DNA of 64,000 bases from Blastocatellia bacterium (GTDB taxonomy: Bacteria > Acidobacteriota > Blastocatellia > RBC074): the NCBI GenBank assembly GCA_046331525.1, contig JAXLQQ010000026.1, forward strand, positions 330 to 64,329. The letters run 5' to 3'. Position 1 is the first letter of the stretch. The number at the start of each line of letters is the position of its first letter. Position numbers and translations under genes: made by a program. The notes below the pieces were generated by a model. The model saw nothing but the letters and a program-made list of their open reading frames with translations. It made no database searches and had not been told where the DNA came from. This document shows, one piece after another, positions 1 through 11,399 of the stretch.

Positions 1-567
1 GGGCCTGGGCAGAGCGCGTTGACGCGAATGTTTTCGCGGGCGTGAATGACGGCAAGCTCTCGTGTCATCGAAAGCACCGCGCCTTTGCTCGCGGTGTAAG
101 CAATCTGCGGTGTGGCAGCCCCGAGTACAGCGACGAACGAAGCGGTGTTGATGATCGAACCGCCACCCGCACGACGTAGCGCCGGAATGCCGAATTTGCA
201 GCCGAAAAACACGCCTTTCGCATTAATATTCATCGTCAAATCCCAGATGGCCTCTTCGGTCGTGACGGCGTTATCATCGCTGTGATGCATAATCCCAGCG
301 TTGTTGAAGAGGATGTTGAGTTGCCCGAATTTCTTTTCGGCAAACTTCACCATCGTAGCGCAATCGGCGGCATTCGACACATCAGCGTGTTTGTACGCTG
401 CGTTGCCGCCTGCATCCTGAATCAGCTTGACGGTCTTTTTTCCTTCTTTATCATTCACGTCAACGCAGACGATGCTCGCGCCTTCGCGGGCAAATAACAA
501 CGCGGTTTCGCGGCCAATGCCGCCGCTGGCTCCCGTAATCAGCGCAACTTTGTTTTCAAGTCTCATA
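1..567 (-). CDS. Short-chain dehydrogenase/reductase (SDR); 3' end cut by the window edge
   Basis: Manual reverse-strand translation from the ATG at 567-565 gives MRLENKVALITGASGGIGRETALLFAREGA...NNAG...YTASKGAVLSMTRELA...NALCPG. TGxxxGIG, NNAG and YxxxK motifs are present. It is absent from the ORF track because it runs off the window. Its ATG overlaps the upstream TGA (ATGA). Confidence 0.85.
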
Positions 568-1948
568 TTCTTTCAAAATATCGTTTCCGCTCCCAATCCG
601 TGACTGCCGCATTGAAAGCTTTTTGTTCGGTTCGGAAAAAGTGGGTGTAATGTTCGACGACCTCTGCGCCAAACGCGCGCTTAGCAAAATCGCTGTTCGC
701 AAACTGATCGGTCGCTTCGCCGAGCGTGTACGGCACGCGCGGCAAATGTTGAGCGGCATAGATGTCACCTTCAAAACACGCGGGCGGCTCGATTTGATTG
801 GCAATGCCGTCGAGGCCGGACGCGAGCGAGGCAGCAAAGGCCAGGTAGGGATTAGCGTCTGCACCGGGGATGCGGCATTCAATGCGCAAGCTTTGATCGC
901 GTCCGACAACGCGAAAGCCGCCCGTGCGATTGTCATAGCTCCACGCCAAGCGCGTTGGTGCCCACGAACCGTCCACATACCGTTTGTAAGAATTCACCGT
1001 CGGCGCATAAAACGGCATCACGTCCGGCACATGCGCCATCCAACCGCCGAGAAAATAGCGAAACGTGTCCGAGCATTTCACCGGGCCAAATTCGTTGTCG
1101 CCCGCGAAGGCGTTTCTGCCATCGCGCCACAAACTGAAATGAATGTGACAGCTTGATCCGGCGCGGTCGCTCGCAAACTTGGCCATAAACGTGACGCTTA
1201 AGCCTTGAGCTTCGGCGACTTCTTTCAGGCATTGTTTGTAGACGACGTGGCGATCCGCCATCTCCAACGCTTCGGCGTAGCGCACATTCAATTCGTGCTG
1301 GCCGAGTCCCCATTCGCCTTTGGAGTTTTCGACGGGCACGCCGGAATTTTTCAGATGACGACGCGCGGCTGCATTGAAGCCTTCGGTGCGCGTACCCTGC
1401 AGGATGTGATAATCCTCCAGATACCAGCCCGCTGGATCAAGATTGGCAAAGCCTTGTTGCTGTGCGTGCGCGTAGCTGTTCGTGAAAATGTAATACTCAA
1501 GCTCTGAAGCAGCGAAGCTCTCGAAGCCTAATGTTTTCGCGGTCGCAAGCTGCTTCCGCAAAATCGAACGCGGCACAACCGAAACAAAATCATGCGTCTT
1601 TTCACTCTTCACATCGCACAACACCAGCGCGGTTTTGTCGAGCCAGCTTGCCACGCGCAATGTCGCTAAATCCGGCACCAAATGAAAATCGCCGTAGCCG
1701 AGTTCCCAATTCGCAAACGTATAGCCCGGCACCGGCTCCATTTCCATATCGGTCGTCAGTAAATAATCGCAGCCGTGCGTGCCGTGCTGAATCGTGTCCG
1801 CGACAAACATTTCCGCGTCATAGCGTTTGCCGCACAGTCGTCCGTAATGATCGGTGAAGCCGACGATGACGGTTTCGATTTGTTCCTGCGCGACAAGTTC
1901 ACCGAGTCGCTCGACGCTCAGCATGCCTTTGGGATTATGTTCGCTCAA
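563..1948 (-). CDS. Glutamine synthetase family protein; candidate gamma-glutamyl-amine synthetase (PuuA/GlnA3-like)
   Basis: A 461-aa ORF with GS catalytic-domain motifs (GEWGLGQHELNVRY, SSCHIHFSLW, NPYLAFAASLASGLDG). It lies between an amino-acid permease and an SDR. Confidence 0.8.
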   Translation of the reverse strand: MSEHNPKGMLSVERLGELVAQEQIETVIVGFTDHYGRLCGKRYDAEMFVADTIQHGTHGCDYLLTTDMEMEPVPGYTFANWELGYGDFHLVPDLATLRVASWLDKTALVLCDVKSEKTHDFVSVVPRSILRKQLATAKTLGFESFAASELEYYIFTNSYAHAQQQGFANLDPAGWYLEDYHILQGTRTEGFNAAARRHLKNSGVPVENSKGEWGLGQHELNVRYAEALEMADRHVVYKQCLKEVAEAQGLSVTFMAKFASDRAGSSCHIHFSLWRDGRNAFAGDNEFGPVKCSDTFRYFLGGWMAHVPDVMPFYAPTVNSYKRYVDGSWAPTRLAWSYDNRTGGFRVVGRDQSLRIECRIPGADANPYLAFAASLASGLDGIANQIEPPACFEGDIYAAQHLPRVPYTLGEATDQFANSDFAKRAFGAEVVEHYTHFFRTEQKAFNAAVTDWERKRYFERI

Positions 1949-1966
1949 AGTTGGTTCTCCCAGGAT

Positions 1967-3475
1967 TTACAGGTTATCAGTTGCTACCCACTTCGGCCCG
2001 GCAAAGCGTTGCCGCTCGCGCAGGCCATACCACAGTGCCAGGACTACCAGCACCGCAATCATAGATTTTCCGGCGCGCATATTATCCGGCAAACTCAGAA
2101 TCACGCTGAGAAAGCCTACCCACAGGATCGCGATAATGTTGATGCCGAAACTGTATTTCCCCAAATGCCAGGGCCCACGCGGCAACTTTTGTTTCGCGCG
2201 CACATGTAGGAACACGGGAATGATGTAGGAAAGGTATAACCCAATCGTGCTGATTGAGGTCACAATCGCGTAATTATCGTTGTAGGATTTTTGATTTAAA
2301 TAAAAACCTTCTGGCCCCCATCTTAGCGCAGTGACCACAGCGTACATAACCGCTAAGAACGCTGTGGTCACGCATAGCCAAATTGCATTCACAGGCGTCG
2401 AATGTTTATGGCTGACTTTTTTCCAAAGCCCGGACAGCGGCATTCCTTCATCACGCGCAAACGCCCAGATGACGCGCGAACTCCAAGTCACGGCGGACAA
2501 GCCGCAAAACCACATCGCAATCGCTGCGAGCCACGAAAACGCACCGCCCGCGCGTGCGCCAAGCGCGCTCGTCATAACCGCAATCACGGCAGGCACGTCA
2601 TTGCCGCTCGCATCTTTTGCGCTCAGCACTGCCGAGATGTCTTTGATCGAAAGTGTCAGCGCAATCAGCAGCAAATAGCCCACGATGCTCGACACCGCAA
2701 CCGCCATCACCATTCCCCAGGGTGCACGCCGACGCGGATCAACGGTTTCTTCTGACACACTGGCCGACGCGTCATAGCCCGTGTACGTCCACATCGCCTG
2801 CAACAGTCCAATCACGAATGCCCAGCCATACGACCAGCCTTCGTCATTGCTTGTGATGCACGCAAAGAAAAAACTTGCGGGTTGTTTCGGCGCGAATAAC
2901 ATCAGCGCGCCGACAATGACGATCACGCCGATGATATGAACCGTCACGCTGAAATCATTCAGCCACGCCACCAGCCGCACACCGAAATGATTGATGAGCG
3001 CGTGCGAGAGCAAGAGCGCCGCATAAACGAGCAATAAATTTTGTTTGGAAGATTCCAGCCCCAGGAGCGGCGTCACAAACAGCGCACAGCCATAATCAAT
3101 GCTCGCAATCGCCGCAATCTGGCCAATGATATTGAACCACGCTGTAAACCAGCCCCAGCCCTTGCCGCCCAAAGCGCAAGCCCAGTGATACATTGCGCCA
3201 GAGGTTGGCAAGGCTGAGGCCAGCTCCGCCATGCTTACCACTACCAGCAACGTAAATAAAGTGACCAGCGGCCAGCCGAGCGACATTTGCGCCGGACCAC
3301 CCATTTTCAAGCCGTGTCCGTACAACGTCACCGCGCCGGTTAGGATCGAAATGATGGAAAACGAGATGGCAAAGTTCGAGAATCCGCCCATCGTGCGAAA
3401 GAGTTCCTGCGCATAGCCGAGTTTGCCAAGTTCCTGCGCATCTTCCTGCGCATCGTGCTGCGGATGGTTTGTCAT
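1967..3475 (-). CDS. APC-superfamily amino acid/polyamine permease
   Basis: A 502-aa, highly hydrophobic multi-helix ORF with a typical APC N-terminus (GGFSNFAISFSIISILTGAVTLYG). It ends 18 nt upstream of the GS-like gene. Confidence 0.8.
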   Translation of the reverse strand: MTNHPQHDAQEDAQELGKLGYAQELFRTMGGFSNFAISFSIISILTGAVTLYGHGLKMGGPAQMSLGWPLVTLFTLLVVVSMAELASALPTSGAMYHWACALGGKGWGWFTAWFNIIGQIAAIASIDYGCALFVTPLLGLESSKQNLLLVYAALLLSHALINHFGVRLVAWLNDFSVTVHIIGVIVIVGALMLFAPKQPASFFFACITSNDEGWSYGWAFVIGLLQAMWTYTGYDASASVSEETVDPRRRAPWGMVMAVAVSSIVGYLLLIALTLSIKDISAVLSAKDASGNDVPAVIAVMTSALGARAGGAFSWLAAIAMWFCGLSAVTWSSRVIWAFARDEGMPLSGLWKKVSHKHSTPVNAIWLCVTTAFLAVMYAVVTALRWGPEGFYLNQKSYNDNYAIVTSISTIGLYLSYIIPVFLHVRAKQKLPRGPWHLGKYSFGINIIAILWVGFLSVILSLPDNMRAGKSMIAVLVVLALWYGLRERQRFAGPKWVATDNL

Positions 3476-3538
3476 TGAAGCAGTCGGGAAAGAGATGCAC
3501 CGGGTGCGCCAGCAGGATGCCGACGCACCCGGTTGATT

Positions 3539-6500
3539 TTAGAAGCTAAGACGCATCGAGACTTGTCCCGTGCGGCTGCCGCCCAATTCCGAACCACGGG
3601 CGCTGGTGATGCGACCAAAGGCGGAACTGGTAATGGTCATATTCGGATCGGCCAGATTCACGTGGTTCGGCACGTTTGTGAACGAACCGCCTGCTTCCAG
3701 CTTCACCCGCTCGGTCAAGTAAAACGCCTTGTTCAGACCGAGCGAGAGATTGATTGTGCCGGGGCCGCGAATAATGCCGACGCCTGCCGTGCCGAAACGT
3801 CCGATGGGCGCGATGTCACGGCTGGGATTGATGCCAATCGTGCAAGACCGCGAGGTTTGTCCAGGACAAACGAAGGCATTCACATCCAGCCATAAATCGC
3901 GCGTTGGATTCGACAGATTGCCATCCGCAATGCGATCCGGGTGCTGCGTGCGCGAGAGTCCCGAACCCGTGCCGGACGGGTCAACGACGTTGCTGCCAAT
4001 GGCAGGCGTCATATACGGCCCGGTTTGCGCGAGGAAGATGGTGCTTAATTGCCAGCCTCCAATCACGGCATTCGCTACTGGGTGAATGTGGTTGGCAAAT
4101 TTGCGTCGCGTGCCGATGGGCAAATCGTACACCAGCGTCGTGATTGAACGATGTCGCCGCGTGGCGTAATCGTCACCATATTCGGCGTGTCGGTTATACA
4201 AATCCGCCGCACGTCCGCCGCCGGTTTCGCCCGTAAGGCTGGTCGAATTCGGCCCGCCGTTGTCGTTCAAATTCTTCGCCCACGTGTAGGTTGAATTAAA
4301 CGTCAGCCCGTTTGAGAAACGGCGATTGGCTTCAACCTGTAGCGCGTTGTAATAGGCCGACGCGCCGGCAGTGCGGGTGAAGATAATGCCCCAATTCGGG
4401 AAGGGGCGATCACTCAGCGGACGACTCACGGCAAAGGTCTTTGAGTAATACATCTGATTCAAATCCGGTGCCCAGGCCAACTGCGTCGTCTTCATGCCGA
4501 TATACGAGGCGCGAATGCCGATGCCGAAGCCGACGTAACGATCCACCGAAAGATTCCATTGCAGCGAGTACGGGTCTTTATAGTTAATGTCATTCGCGGT
4601 GCGGAACGACGCCGTGCCGAGATTGCCCGTCGAAATCCCCGTGCCGCCGGTTTGCACAGCAGGCCATTGGAAGATGGATCTGCCTTGCGAATCCAGGTTT
4701 GTGAACTCGCGCACGTCGGATTGCAACGTACCGGTCAGCGAGAAATAAATGCTGCCGAGCAGCGTGCCGTTATAAGCGCCGATGCCGCCTCGCACGACCG
4801 TCTTGTCATCGCCGAACGGACGATACGCAAAACCGAAGCGAGGGAGGAACCGCAGCTTCGGCACGTTGCGCAAGCCTTCGGGCAAACCTGCCTCTTGTGC
4901 CGAAAGTACAGGCGTACAAGCCGCGCCGTTCGCTGCCGGAGCCGGGCAAGCATTGAACGTTTTCAGGAAGCCGGGCGAGAGTCGCGCCTGCTGACCTGTG
5001 GGATAAACCACCTGTCCCGTGCGCGGCACGCTCGGATCGAAGTTCCCGATGTTGCCGCCCGCGTCGGTATAGGCTGGATGGTATTCATAGCGCAGTCCGA
5101 ATTCCAACGTCAGCCGTTGATTCACGCGGAAGCTGTCCTGGCCGAAGTAGTGATAGTGTGTCGTGCGCCCGTCGTTGTCCTGCGTGATGATCGCGTAAGA
5201 ACTACTTGCTGGAATGCCCAGGAGAAAATCGCCAAAGTCTGAGCGCGTGAACGAACCGTTGAAAGAGAAGTTGGCATAATTGTCGGCACCGATGAAACCG
5301 AGCGGCGAGACCGCCCGAATCCAGCGCACGTCAAAGCCATACTTCATTGTGTGGCGACCTCTTGTCCACGTCAGGTTATCATTGAATTGGAGCGTGCGCG
5401 ACTTCGAGAAGCCATCGGCACGACCTTTGTTCAGACTGGTCGTATCCCCGCTGAAGGAAACATTTGAGATGCCGTTGAATGGGAAGCTCGGCCCAATACC
5501 TTTCAGCCCCAACCCGTTCGTGAAGTTGCGGCCATCGAACGGAAACGCGGAACCGCTATCGTTCAGCGTCATCCCAAAGCGCGCTTCGTTCAGCACGCGC
5601 GGCGTCAGGGTGTAGTTGTGCGACACCACCACGATTTTGTAGTTATCAAATCCGGTGCTTGAAGGCAGTGCCAAAATATTCGGACTGTCCTGCTTTATAT
5701 CCTTCCACGTCCAACGTCCGAAGACGGATTGTTTGCTGGTCAGATGATGATCAACGCGGATGTCATATTGGTTGGAGTTGATACTGCTGGAACTGTTGCG
5801 AATGTAGTTGGCGACGCTCTGAATCGTGGAAGACGCGCCTGTATTCGGCAACGGATACAGCGTCAGGAACGCTTTTGCAATCGCGCTGATGCGTGTATCA
5901 GGAATACGATTGTTGGCGAAACATCCGCGCCGATCTGCGGGTGTCGTAACCTGTCCGCTCGTGATGCGAGGTGCCACGCAGGGCAGCGCACTCGTCGGAT
6001 CAGCGACAACGCCATCGTCCGCTGTGCCAACCACACCGTCCGGCCCGCGCAATTGGAACGAGAGATCGCCGTCGCGCATCGCCTGTGTCGGCACTGTGTT
6101 TTGAATCGTCGTGCCGCGCGGGAAACGCAGGGATTCAAACGTGCCGAAGAAAAAGGTCTTGTCGCGGCCTTCATACCCACCGAGCGGGCCAAAGACGGAT
6201 TTCGGAAAACGAATCGGGCCGCCGCCGCTGCCGCCAAAGTTATTGCTGATCTTCTGCGGCTTGGTCAGTGCGCCATACGCTTTGGCATCCAGCGCGCGGT
6301 TTTGGTGAAACCAAAAAGCCGTCGCGTGGTAATCATTCGTGCCGCTTTTTGAGATCGTCGTGACGTCACCAACTTGTCCATATTCCGCCGCATTGCCGAC
6401 GCCCTGCACTTTGATTTCGGCGACGGATTCCGCCGAAGGAAAAGCATTCCGCAAGGGCGAATTACCGGTAACGTTCGTGGTCGAAATGCCATCGAGCGAG

Positions 6501-7093
6501 AACTGCGATTGCGACGGTAGCGCGCCCTGAATCGAAAACGCCCCGCCGTTATCGGATTGCACGCCGGGCAGCGCCGCAATCAACGCATACGGGCTGGTAC
6601 TGCCGCCCGCGCCGCGATAGTTGGCTGGCAGATTCAAAATCTTCTGCGATTCAAATGACGAAGAGATGGTTTGCGTCTCCGTCGTGATGACGCCTGCGTT
6701 GGCGGTGACGTTCACTTGCTCTGTCAATTTGCCAGTGCTGAGCGTCGCGTCAATGCGCAGCGTTTGCCGCGCCACCAGCGGAACTTCGGTTGTTTTGAAG
6801 GTCTCAAAACCGGAGACAGAAACTTCGATGCGATACAGGCCGGGCTTCGTGTTGACGGCCTCATAATCGCCGTTGGCATTGGTGGTCACGCTGCGGCTAC
6901 TGTTTTCCCCTACGTTAACAATTAACACCGTTGCATTCGGCACCACGCTTCCGGTGCCGTCTTTCACTGTGCCGAGAATTGTGCCGAAAGTGGATTGTGC
7001 GATGAGCGAACCGGCAGTGACGAGCGAAAACATCATCAGTACCAAGCTCTGTCGCAAGACTTTGCGTAACGGGAAATCGGTCTTTTCATTCAT
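3539..7093 (-). CDS. TonB-dependent outer-membrane receptor with carboxypeptidase-regulatory-like N-terminal domain
   Basis: 1184 aa. It has a signal peptide (LVTAGSLIAQS), a CarboxypepD_reg-like segment (GTVKDGTGSVVPNATV...NANGDYE...PGLYRIEVSVSGF), a long beta-barrel-type sequence and a C-terminal ...VSMRLSF. Confidence 0.85.
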   Translation of the reverse strand: MNEKTDFPLRKVLRQSLVLMMFSLVTAGSLIAQSTFGTILGTVKDGTGSVVPNATVLIVNVGENSSRSVTTNANGDYEAVNTKPGLYRIEVSVSGFETFKTTEVPLVARQTLRIDATLSTGKLTEQVNVTANAGVITTETQTISSSFESQKILNLPANYRGAGGSTSPYALIAALPGVQSDNGGAFSIQGALPSQSQFSLDGISTTNVTGNSPLRNAFPSAESVAEIKVQGVGNAAEYGQVGDVTTISKSGTNDYHATAFWFHQNRALDAKAYGALTKPQKISNNFGGSGGGPIRFPKSVFGPLGGYEGRDKTFFFGTFESLRFPRGTTIQNTVPTQAMRDGDLSFQLRGPDGVVGTADDGVVADPTSALPCVAPRITSGQVTTPADRRGCFANNRIPDTRISAIAKAFLTLYPLPNTGASSTIQSVANYIRNSSSSINSNQYDIRVDHHLTSKQSVFGRWTWKDIKQDSPNILALPSSTGFDNYKIVVVSHNYTLTPRVLNEARFGMTLNDSGSAFPFDGRNFTNGLGLKGIGPSFPFNGISNVSFSGDTTSLNKGRADGFSKSRTLQFNDNLTWTRGRHTMKYGFDVRWIRAVSPLGFIGADNYANFSFNGSFTRSDFGDFLLGIPASSSYAIITQDNDGRTTHYHYFGQDSFRVNQRLTLEFGLRYEYHPAYTDAGGNIGNFDPSVPRTGQVVYPTGQQARLSPGFLKTFNACPAPAANGAACTPVLSAQEAGLPEGLRNVPKLRFLPRFGFAYRPFGDDKTVVRGGIGAYNGTLLGSIYFSLTGTLQSDVREFTNLDSQGRSIFQWPAVQTGGTGISTGNLGTASFRTANDINYKDPYSLQWNLSVDRYVGFGIGIRASYIGMKTTQLAWAPDLNQMYYSKTFAVSRPLSDRPFPNWGIIFTRTAGASAYYNALQVEANRRFSNGLTFNSTYTWAKNLNDNGGPNSTSLTGETGGGRAADLYNRHAEYGDDYATRRHRSITTLVYDLPIGTRRKFANHIHPVANAVIGGWQLSTIFLAQTGPYMTPAIGSNVVDPSGTGSGLSRTQHPDRIADGNLSNPTRDLWLDVNAFVCPGQTSRSCTIGINPSRDIAPIGRFGTAGVGIIRGPGTINLSLGLNKAFYLTERVKLEAGGSFTNVPNHVNLADPNMTITSSAFGRITSARGSELGGSRTGQVSMRLSF

Positions 7094-7128
7094 ACTTTAC
7101 TCCTGGGTTGCTGGGGGAGGAGGATGAT

Positions 7129-8238
7129 TTACTTGCGATTGGTTACTGCATCAATCGGTTTGCCTGCTTGCGGGTTGTTTTCGCTGTAATCAATTTTCAG
7201 CCAACGGCACAGCGTAGCCGCCGCCTGGTTCTGGTAAATCGTTTCGGCATTCTTCCATTCGCCGCGCAGAGAACTATCGGGGCTGACGAAGGCCATCCAA
7301 ATGTACTGCGCTTCCGGCACCTTTTCGCCGTGACTCGTCCAATCGGTAATCGTCTTACCGCGTCCGTGATCGCACGTGAACAGCAGTGACGTTTTGCCTT
7401 TGTATTTCGGTGCGCTTTGCAGATAGTCCCACAGTTCTTTCAACTGCCGATCATTGCGCTCAAGCGCCCCCAGCACGTGCGCGTAATCGCCCGCGTGCGC
7501 CCAATCATCCGTTTCGCCCAGCGCAATGTGCATCACGCGCGGCTGATATTTTTTCAAATGCGCCAGCGCAAACTGAACGGTGAAATAATCAAACCGCACA
7601 TCACCCCACGGACTCAGCTTTTCGGTTTGCAATTTACTCAGCGCGCGCAGTTCAGGATCGTTAATTAAATCGTATGGCTCGTGTCCCGCATTGATTGTCA
7701 CCGCGCCTTCTTCGTGTTCGCCGATCCAGTTGAACGTATCCCACGAACCAAACAGCGCGACTTGATTTTTATTGAGGCTGAGTTTGCGCTTCAGAAATTC
7801 CAGCACGCCCGTATTCGGATTGCGCTTCTTGTCGTTGCTGTTGATAACGTCGTCGTGCGCTTGTCCGGTGAGGATTTCAGAATAGCCGGGATACGAAAAC
7901 CACATCTTATTCGTCGTCATCACCGTGCTGCCCAGACTGCGATTGCCCGCAATGGAGCCGTGATCTTTCATCAACGTGCCCCAGAAAAACGGCATCAATT
8001 TCATCCGCCGTTCTTCTGGCGTTGGTGCCCAGTATTTTTTATAAAGCGCTCTGTCCTCGACGTTGCCTTTGCTGGTTTTGGCTTTCAGGATGTCGAGATC
8101 AAGTCCACCGAAAACTTCCTGCAAACGCGGGCCATCGAAGGTAACAAGAATAACGTTCTCAGTTTTGGTTTGCGCGCTAGCGGCGATGGCAAAAGAGAAG
8201 AGAAAGAGGACGGAAAGGACGTACGAGTTATGTTTCAT
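7129..8238 (-). CDS. Secreted alkaline-phosphatase-superfamily metalloenzyme (phosphodiesterase/NPP-like)
   Basis: The ORF spans 7129..8286; I prefer the ATG at 8238 ([23 protein letters not shown] signal peptide). AP-superfamily-like motifs are [21 protein letters not shown] and [10 protein letters not shown]. The exact family is uncertain. Confidence 0.5.
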   Translation of the reverse strand: MKHNSYVLSVLFLFSFAIAASAQTKTENVILVTFDGPRLQEVFGGLDLDILKAKTSKGNVEDRALYKKYWAPTPEERRMKLMPFFWGTLMKDHGSIAGNRSLGSTVMTTNKMWFSYPGYSEILTGQAHDDVINSNDKKRNPNTGVLEFLKRKLSLNKNQVALFGSWDTFNWIGEHEEGAVTINAGHEPYDLINDPELRALSKLQTEKLSPWGDVRFDYFTVQFALAHLKKYQPRVMHIALGETDDWAHAGDYAHVLGALERNDRQLKELWDYLQSAPKYKGKTSLLFTCDHGRGKTITDWTSHGEKVPEAQYIWMAFVSPDSSLRGEWKNAETIYQNQAAATLCRWLKIDYSENNPQAGKPIDAVTNRK

Positions 8239-8391
8239 CGTGGGGCCTCTGTAAACTAAGTCAGGAGAAGAAGACATAAAGGCCAAGTCCTGTCGCGGTG
8301 ACAGAACTTGACGAATACAGTGTTTCGTAATTTTGTTCTAACTTATCGTTTGAAACAGAGGCATTATAGAAAGCAATGCTCAGTCTGGCTA

Positions 8392-11151
8392 CTACAACGC
8401 TGCAATCATCGCTTTTAATTTCGCAATTTGATCTTCTAGTTCTGTGGCGCGCGCACGCGATTCTGTTACTACTTCGGCGGCGGCGCGCGCGAGGAAATCA
8501 GCATTTGATAGTCGCTTTTGTAGTCCTTCGAGTTCTTTGCTGAGCTTTGTAACGTTGCCTTCGAGCCGTGCTTTTTCTTTCTCGAAATCCACCAGACCTT
8601 CCAGCGGCACCGCGATTTCAATGTCGCTGACGACATCGCGCACAGAGCCTTTTTGCGTGGCGATGAACTCAACGACTTCAAGCTTTTCAATGCGGGCGAG
8701 ACGTTTGAGTTGCGCGCTCATCGCTTCGATCACGGTTTTGCTCACGTTTTCCGTTGCCGCAACTTTCGCATTGATCATCACCGAAGGCGCGATGTTGAAG
8801 GTCGAGCGAATATTGCGCAGCTTCGTGACCAAGCCGGTGAACAATTCCATCGCACGTTCGGCCTGTTCGTCGCGGGCAGAAACTGTGGGGAACGAGTTGA
8901 GGCAAATCGTATTGCCCTTGTGCGGCAGGCGTTGCCAAAGCTCTTCGGTGATGTACGGCATCAGCGGATGCAGGAGCGTCAGGCTGCGTTCGAGGATGTG
9001 AATAATGCGACGTTTGACAGCGCGGTTTTCGTCGGTGATTTCTGTCGAAGTTACGAACGGCTTGGAGAGTTCGATGTACCAGTCGCAGAAATCATTCCAG
9101 AAAAATTGGTAAAGCGTCGCCGCCGCTTCGTGAAAGCGAAATTCGGCGAGAGCGGAATTCACTTCAGCGGTCGCAGCGTGCAGGCGGCTCAGAATCCAAC
9201 GGTCAGCAAGTGTCGGTTCGGATAACGTGGTTTCCCATTCGACAGGTTCCTGCTCCTCGAAAATATCGCCGCAGTTCAGCAGCACAAAGCGCGTCGCGTT
9301 CCAAATCTTGTTGGCGAAGTTGCGCGCCGATTCGAGCTTCGATTCCTGCAACGCGAGCGTCAGACCCGTAGTCGAAGCGGCGGTTAACGCAAAGCGCGCA
9401 GCGTCTGTGCCGTAGCGATCAAACACGTCGAGCGGATCAATCACGTTGCCTTTCGTCTTCGACATTTTTTGCCCGTGCGGATCAAGGACGAGCGCATTGA
9501 TGTAGACGGTGCGGAACGGCACTTCGCCCATAAATTTCAGTCCCATCATCATCATGCGCGCGACCCAAAAAAAGATGATGTCCTGCGCCGTGACCAGCAC
9601 ATCGGTCGGGTAATATTTCTTTAAGTCTTCCGTTTCTTCCGGCCAGCCGAGTGTCGAGAACGGCCAAAGCTGCGACGAAAACCACGTGTCGAGTACGTCG
9701 GTTTCCTGCGTTAATTCGGTGTTTGGATCAAGTCCTTTGGCTTGCAACCGTTCGCGCGCTTCGGTTTCGTCGCGGGCGACGATGATCGTACCGTCGGGCG
9801 TGTAATAGGCCGGAATCAAATGGCCCCACCATAACTGCCGCGACACGCACCAGTCCTGGATGTTTTCGAGCCAATTGCAGTAAATCTTTGAGACGCTTTC
9901 CGGGATGATCTTAGTGCGCCCGTCCAGCACGGCAGCCAACGCGGGTTCCGCCAACGGTTTCATCTGCAAAAACCACTGCGTTGAAATCAGCGGTTCGACA
10001 ACTTGCCCGCTGCGTTGGCAATGGCCGACGTTGTGCGTGTAGTCTTCGATCTTCAGCAACAATCCGGCTTCTTCCAAGTCTCTGACAACTGCTTTGCGTG
10101 CCTCGAAGCGATCCAGTCCGCGATATTTTTCGGGCGCGGCGTCGGTGATTTTGGCTTCTTTGCTGATGACTTGAATGAATTCGAGGTGATGGCGTTTGCC
10201 CATCGCAAAATCGTTCGGGTCATGCGCGGGCGTGACTTTGACGAGGCTTGTGCCGAAATCTTTTTCGACCAGAGCGTCCTGAATGAATTGGATTTCGCGC
10301 CCGACCAGCGGCAGCACTGCGGTTTGACCAATTAACTCGGCGTAGCGTTCGTCTTCAGGATTAAAGGCCACTGCGGTGTCGCCGAGCATGGTTTCCGGGC
10401 GCGTGGTGGCGACAACGACGAAATTGCCGGTCGGGGTTTTAAGCAAACCGGATTTGACTTCGCCTTCGTTGAGCGCGGCATATGCTTCAGCTAAACCTTC
10501 TGCTTGCGGCAGTGAGCCATCAGGATTGCGTACTGGATACGCGATGTGCCAGATGTGGCCTTTGACGGCTTTCATTTCGACTTCGAGGTCGGAAATCGCG
10601 GTTTGCAAGCCGGGCGACCAGTTGACCATGTATTCGCCGCGATAGATCAAACCGTCGTCGTAGAGGCGCACAAAGACTTCCTTGACCGCGTTCGACAAGC
10701 CTTCGTCCATCGTGAAGCGTTCACGCGACCAGTCTACGGAATCGCCGACAATGCGCATTTGCCGCTGAATCGTGCCGCCGGAATGCGCTTTCCACTCCCA
10801 CACTTTTTCCAAAAACTTTTCCCGCCCCAAATCGCGGCGATCAATGCCTTGCTCCGCCAGTTGCCGTGTCACGACCATTTGCGTAGCGATGCCGGCGTGA
10901 TCGGTGCCCGGCAACCACAGCACTTTGTCCCCCTGCATTCTGCGCCAGCGCGCCAGCACGTCCTGCAGGGTGTGATTCAGCGCGTGTCCCATATGCAAAA
11001 AACCCGTCACGTTCGGCGGCGGAATCACCATCGTGAAGACGGGTGCGTCCGGGTTGGTTTGGGTTTCAGGAGAAAAATAGTGGTGGCGTTCCCATTCGGG
11101 ATACCAGCGGCCTTCGACTTCTTTGGGTTCGTATTGTTTCGGAATTTCCAT
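8392..11151 (-). CDS. valS: Valine--tRNA ligase
   Basis: Class-I motifs HMGHALN (HIGH) and KMSKTKGN (KMSKS), editing-domain-length protein, C-terminal coiled coil. The track ORF starts at a TTG at 11169; the ATG at 11151 ([13 protein letters not shown]) is more likely. Confidence 0.95.
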   Translation of the reverse strand: MEIPKQYEPKEVEGRWYPEWERHHYFSPETQTNPDAPVFTMVIPPPNVTGFLHMGHALNHTLQDVLARWRRMQGDKVLWLPGTDHAGIATQMVVTRQLAEQGIDRRDLGREKFLEKVWEWKAHSGGTIQRQMRIVGDSVDWSRERFTMDEGLSNAVKEVFVRLYDDGLIYRGEYMVNWSPGLQTAISDLEVEMKAVKGHIWHIAYPVRNPDGSLPQAEGLAEAYAALNEGEVKSGLLKTPTGNFVVVATTRPETMLGDTAVAFNPEDERYAELIGQTAVLPLVGREIQFIQDALVEKDFGTSLVKVTPAHDPNDFAMGKRHHLEFIQVISKEAKITDAAPEKYRGLDRFEARKAVVRDLEEAGLLLKIEDYTHNVGHCQRSGQVVEPLISTQWFLQMKPLAEPALAAVLDGRTKIIPESVSKIYCNWLENIQDWCVSRQLWWGHLIPAYYTPDGTIIVARDETEARERLQAKGLDPNTELTQETDVLDTWFSSQLWPFSTLGWPEETEDLKKYYPTDVLVTAQDIIFFWVARMMMMGLKFMGEVPFRTVYINALVLDPHGQKMSKTKGNVIDPLDVFDRYGTDAARFALTAASTTGLTLALQESKLESARNFANKIWNATRFVLLNCGDIFEEQEPVEWETTLSEPTLADRWILSRLHAATAEVNSALAEFRFHEAAATLYQFFWNDFCDWYIELSKPFVTSTEITDENRAVKRRIIHILERSLTLLHPLMPYITEELWQRLPHKGNTICLNSFPTVSARDEQAERAMELFTGLVTKLRNIRSTFNIAPSVMINAKVAATENVSKTVIEAMSAQLKRLARIEKLEVVEFIATQKGSVRDVVSDIEIAVPLEGLVDFEKEKARLEGNVTKLSKELEGLQKRLSNADFLARAAAEVVTESRARATELEDQIAKLKAMIAAL

Positions 11152-11180
11152 AGTGATTTTAGCACTCAAAAGCTGTGGCA

Positions 11181-11241
11181 GAAGCCCGACTGTGAAGGAG
11201 GGCGTAACAATAACAAACGCCCTCCTTCACAGTCGGGCTTC
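11181..11241. repeat. Intergenic palindromic element, family A (GAAGCCCGACTGTGAAGGAGGGCG / loop / reverse complement)
   Basis: A perfect 24-nt inverted repeat (11181-11204 and 11218-11241) read directly from the sequence. Its right arm recurs at 49616-49640. Confidence 0.85.
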
Positions 11242-11399
11242 CGCCACCTCTCTTCACTGTGAGCCACAGCCCAAAATGAATTGCCAATCATCAGGATTCT
11301 GCTACGCTTCGTCAACTGCAATTTGCCTTCTGTGGCGTGCCAGCCGATAATGCCGTCTTAGAATTTACCTTGCGATTGATCAATCAGTTTTCCTTAACG

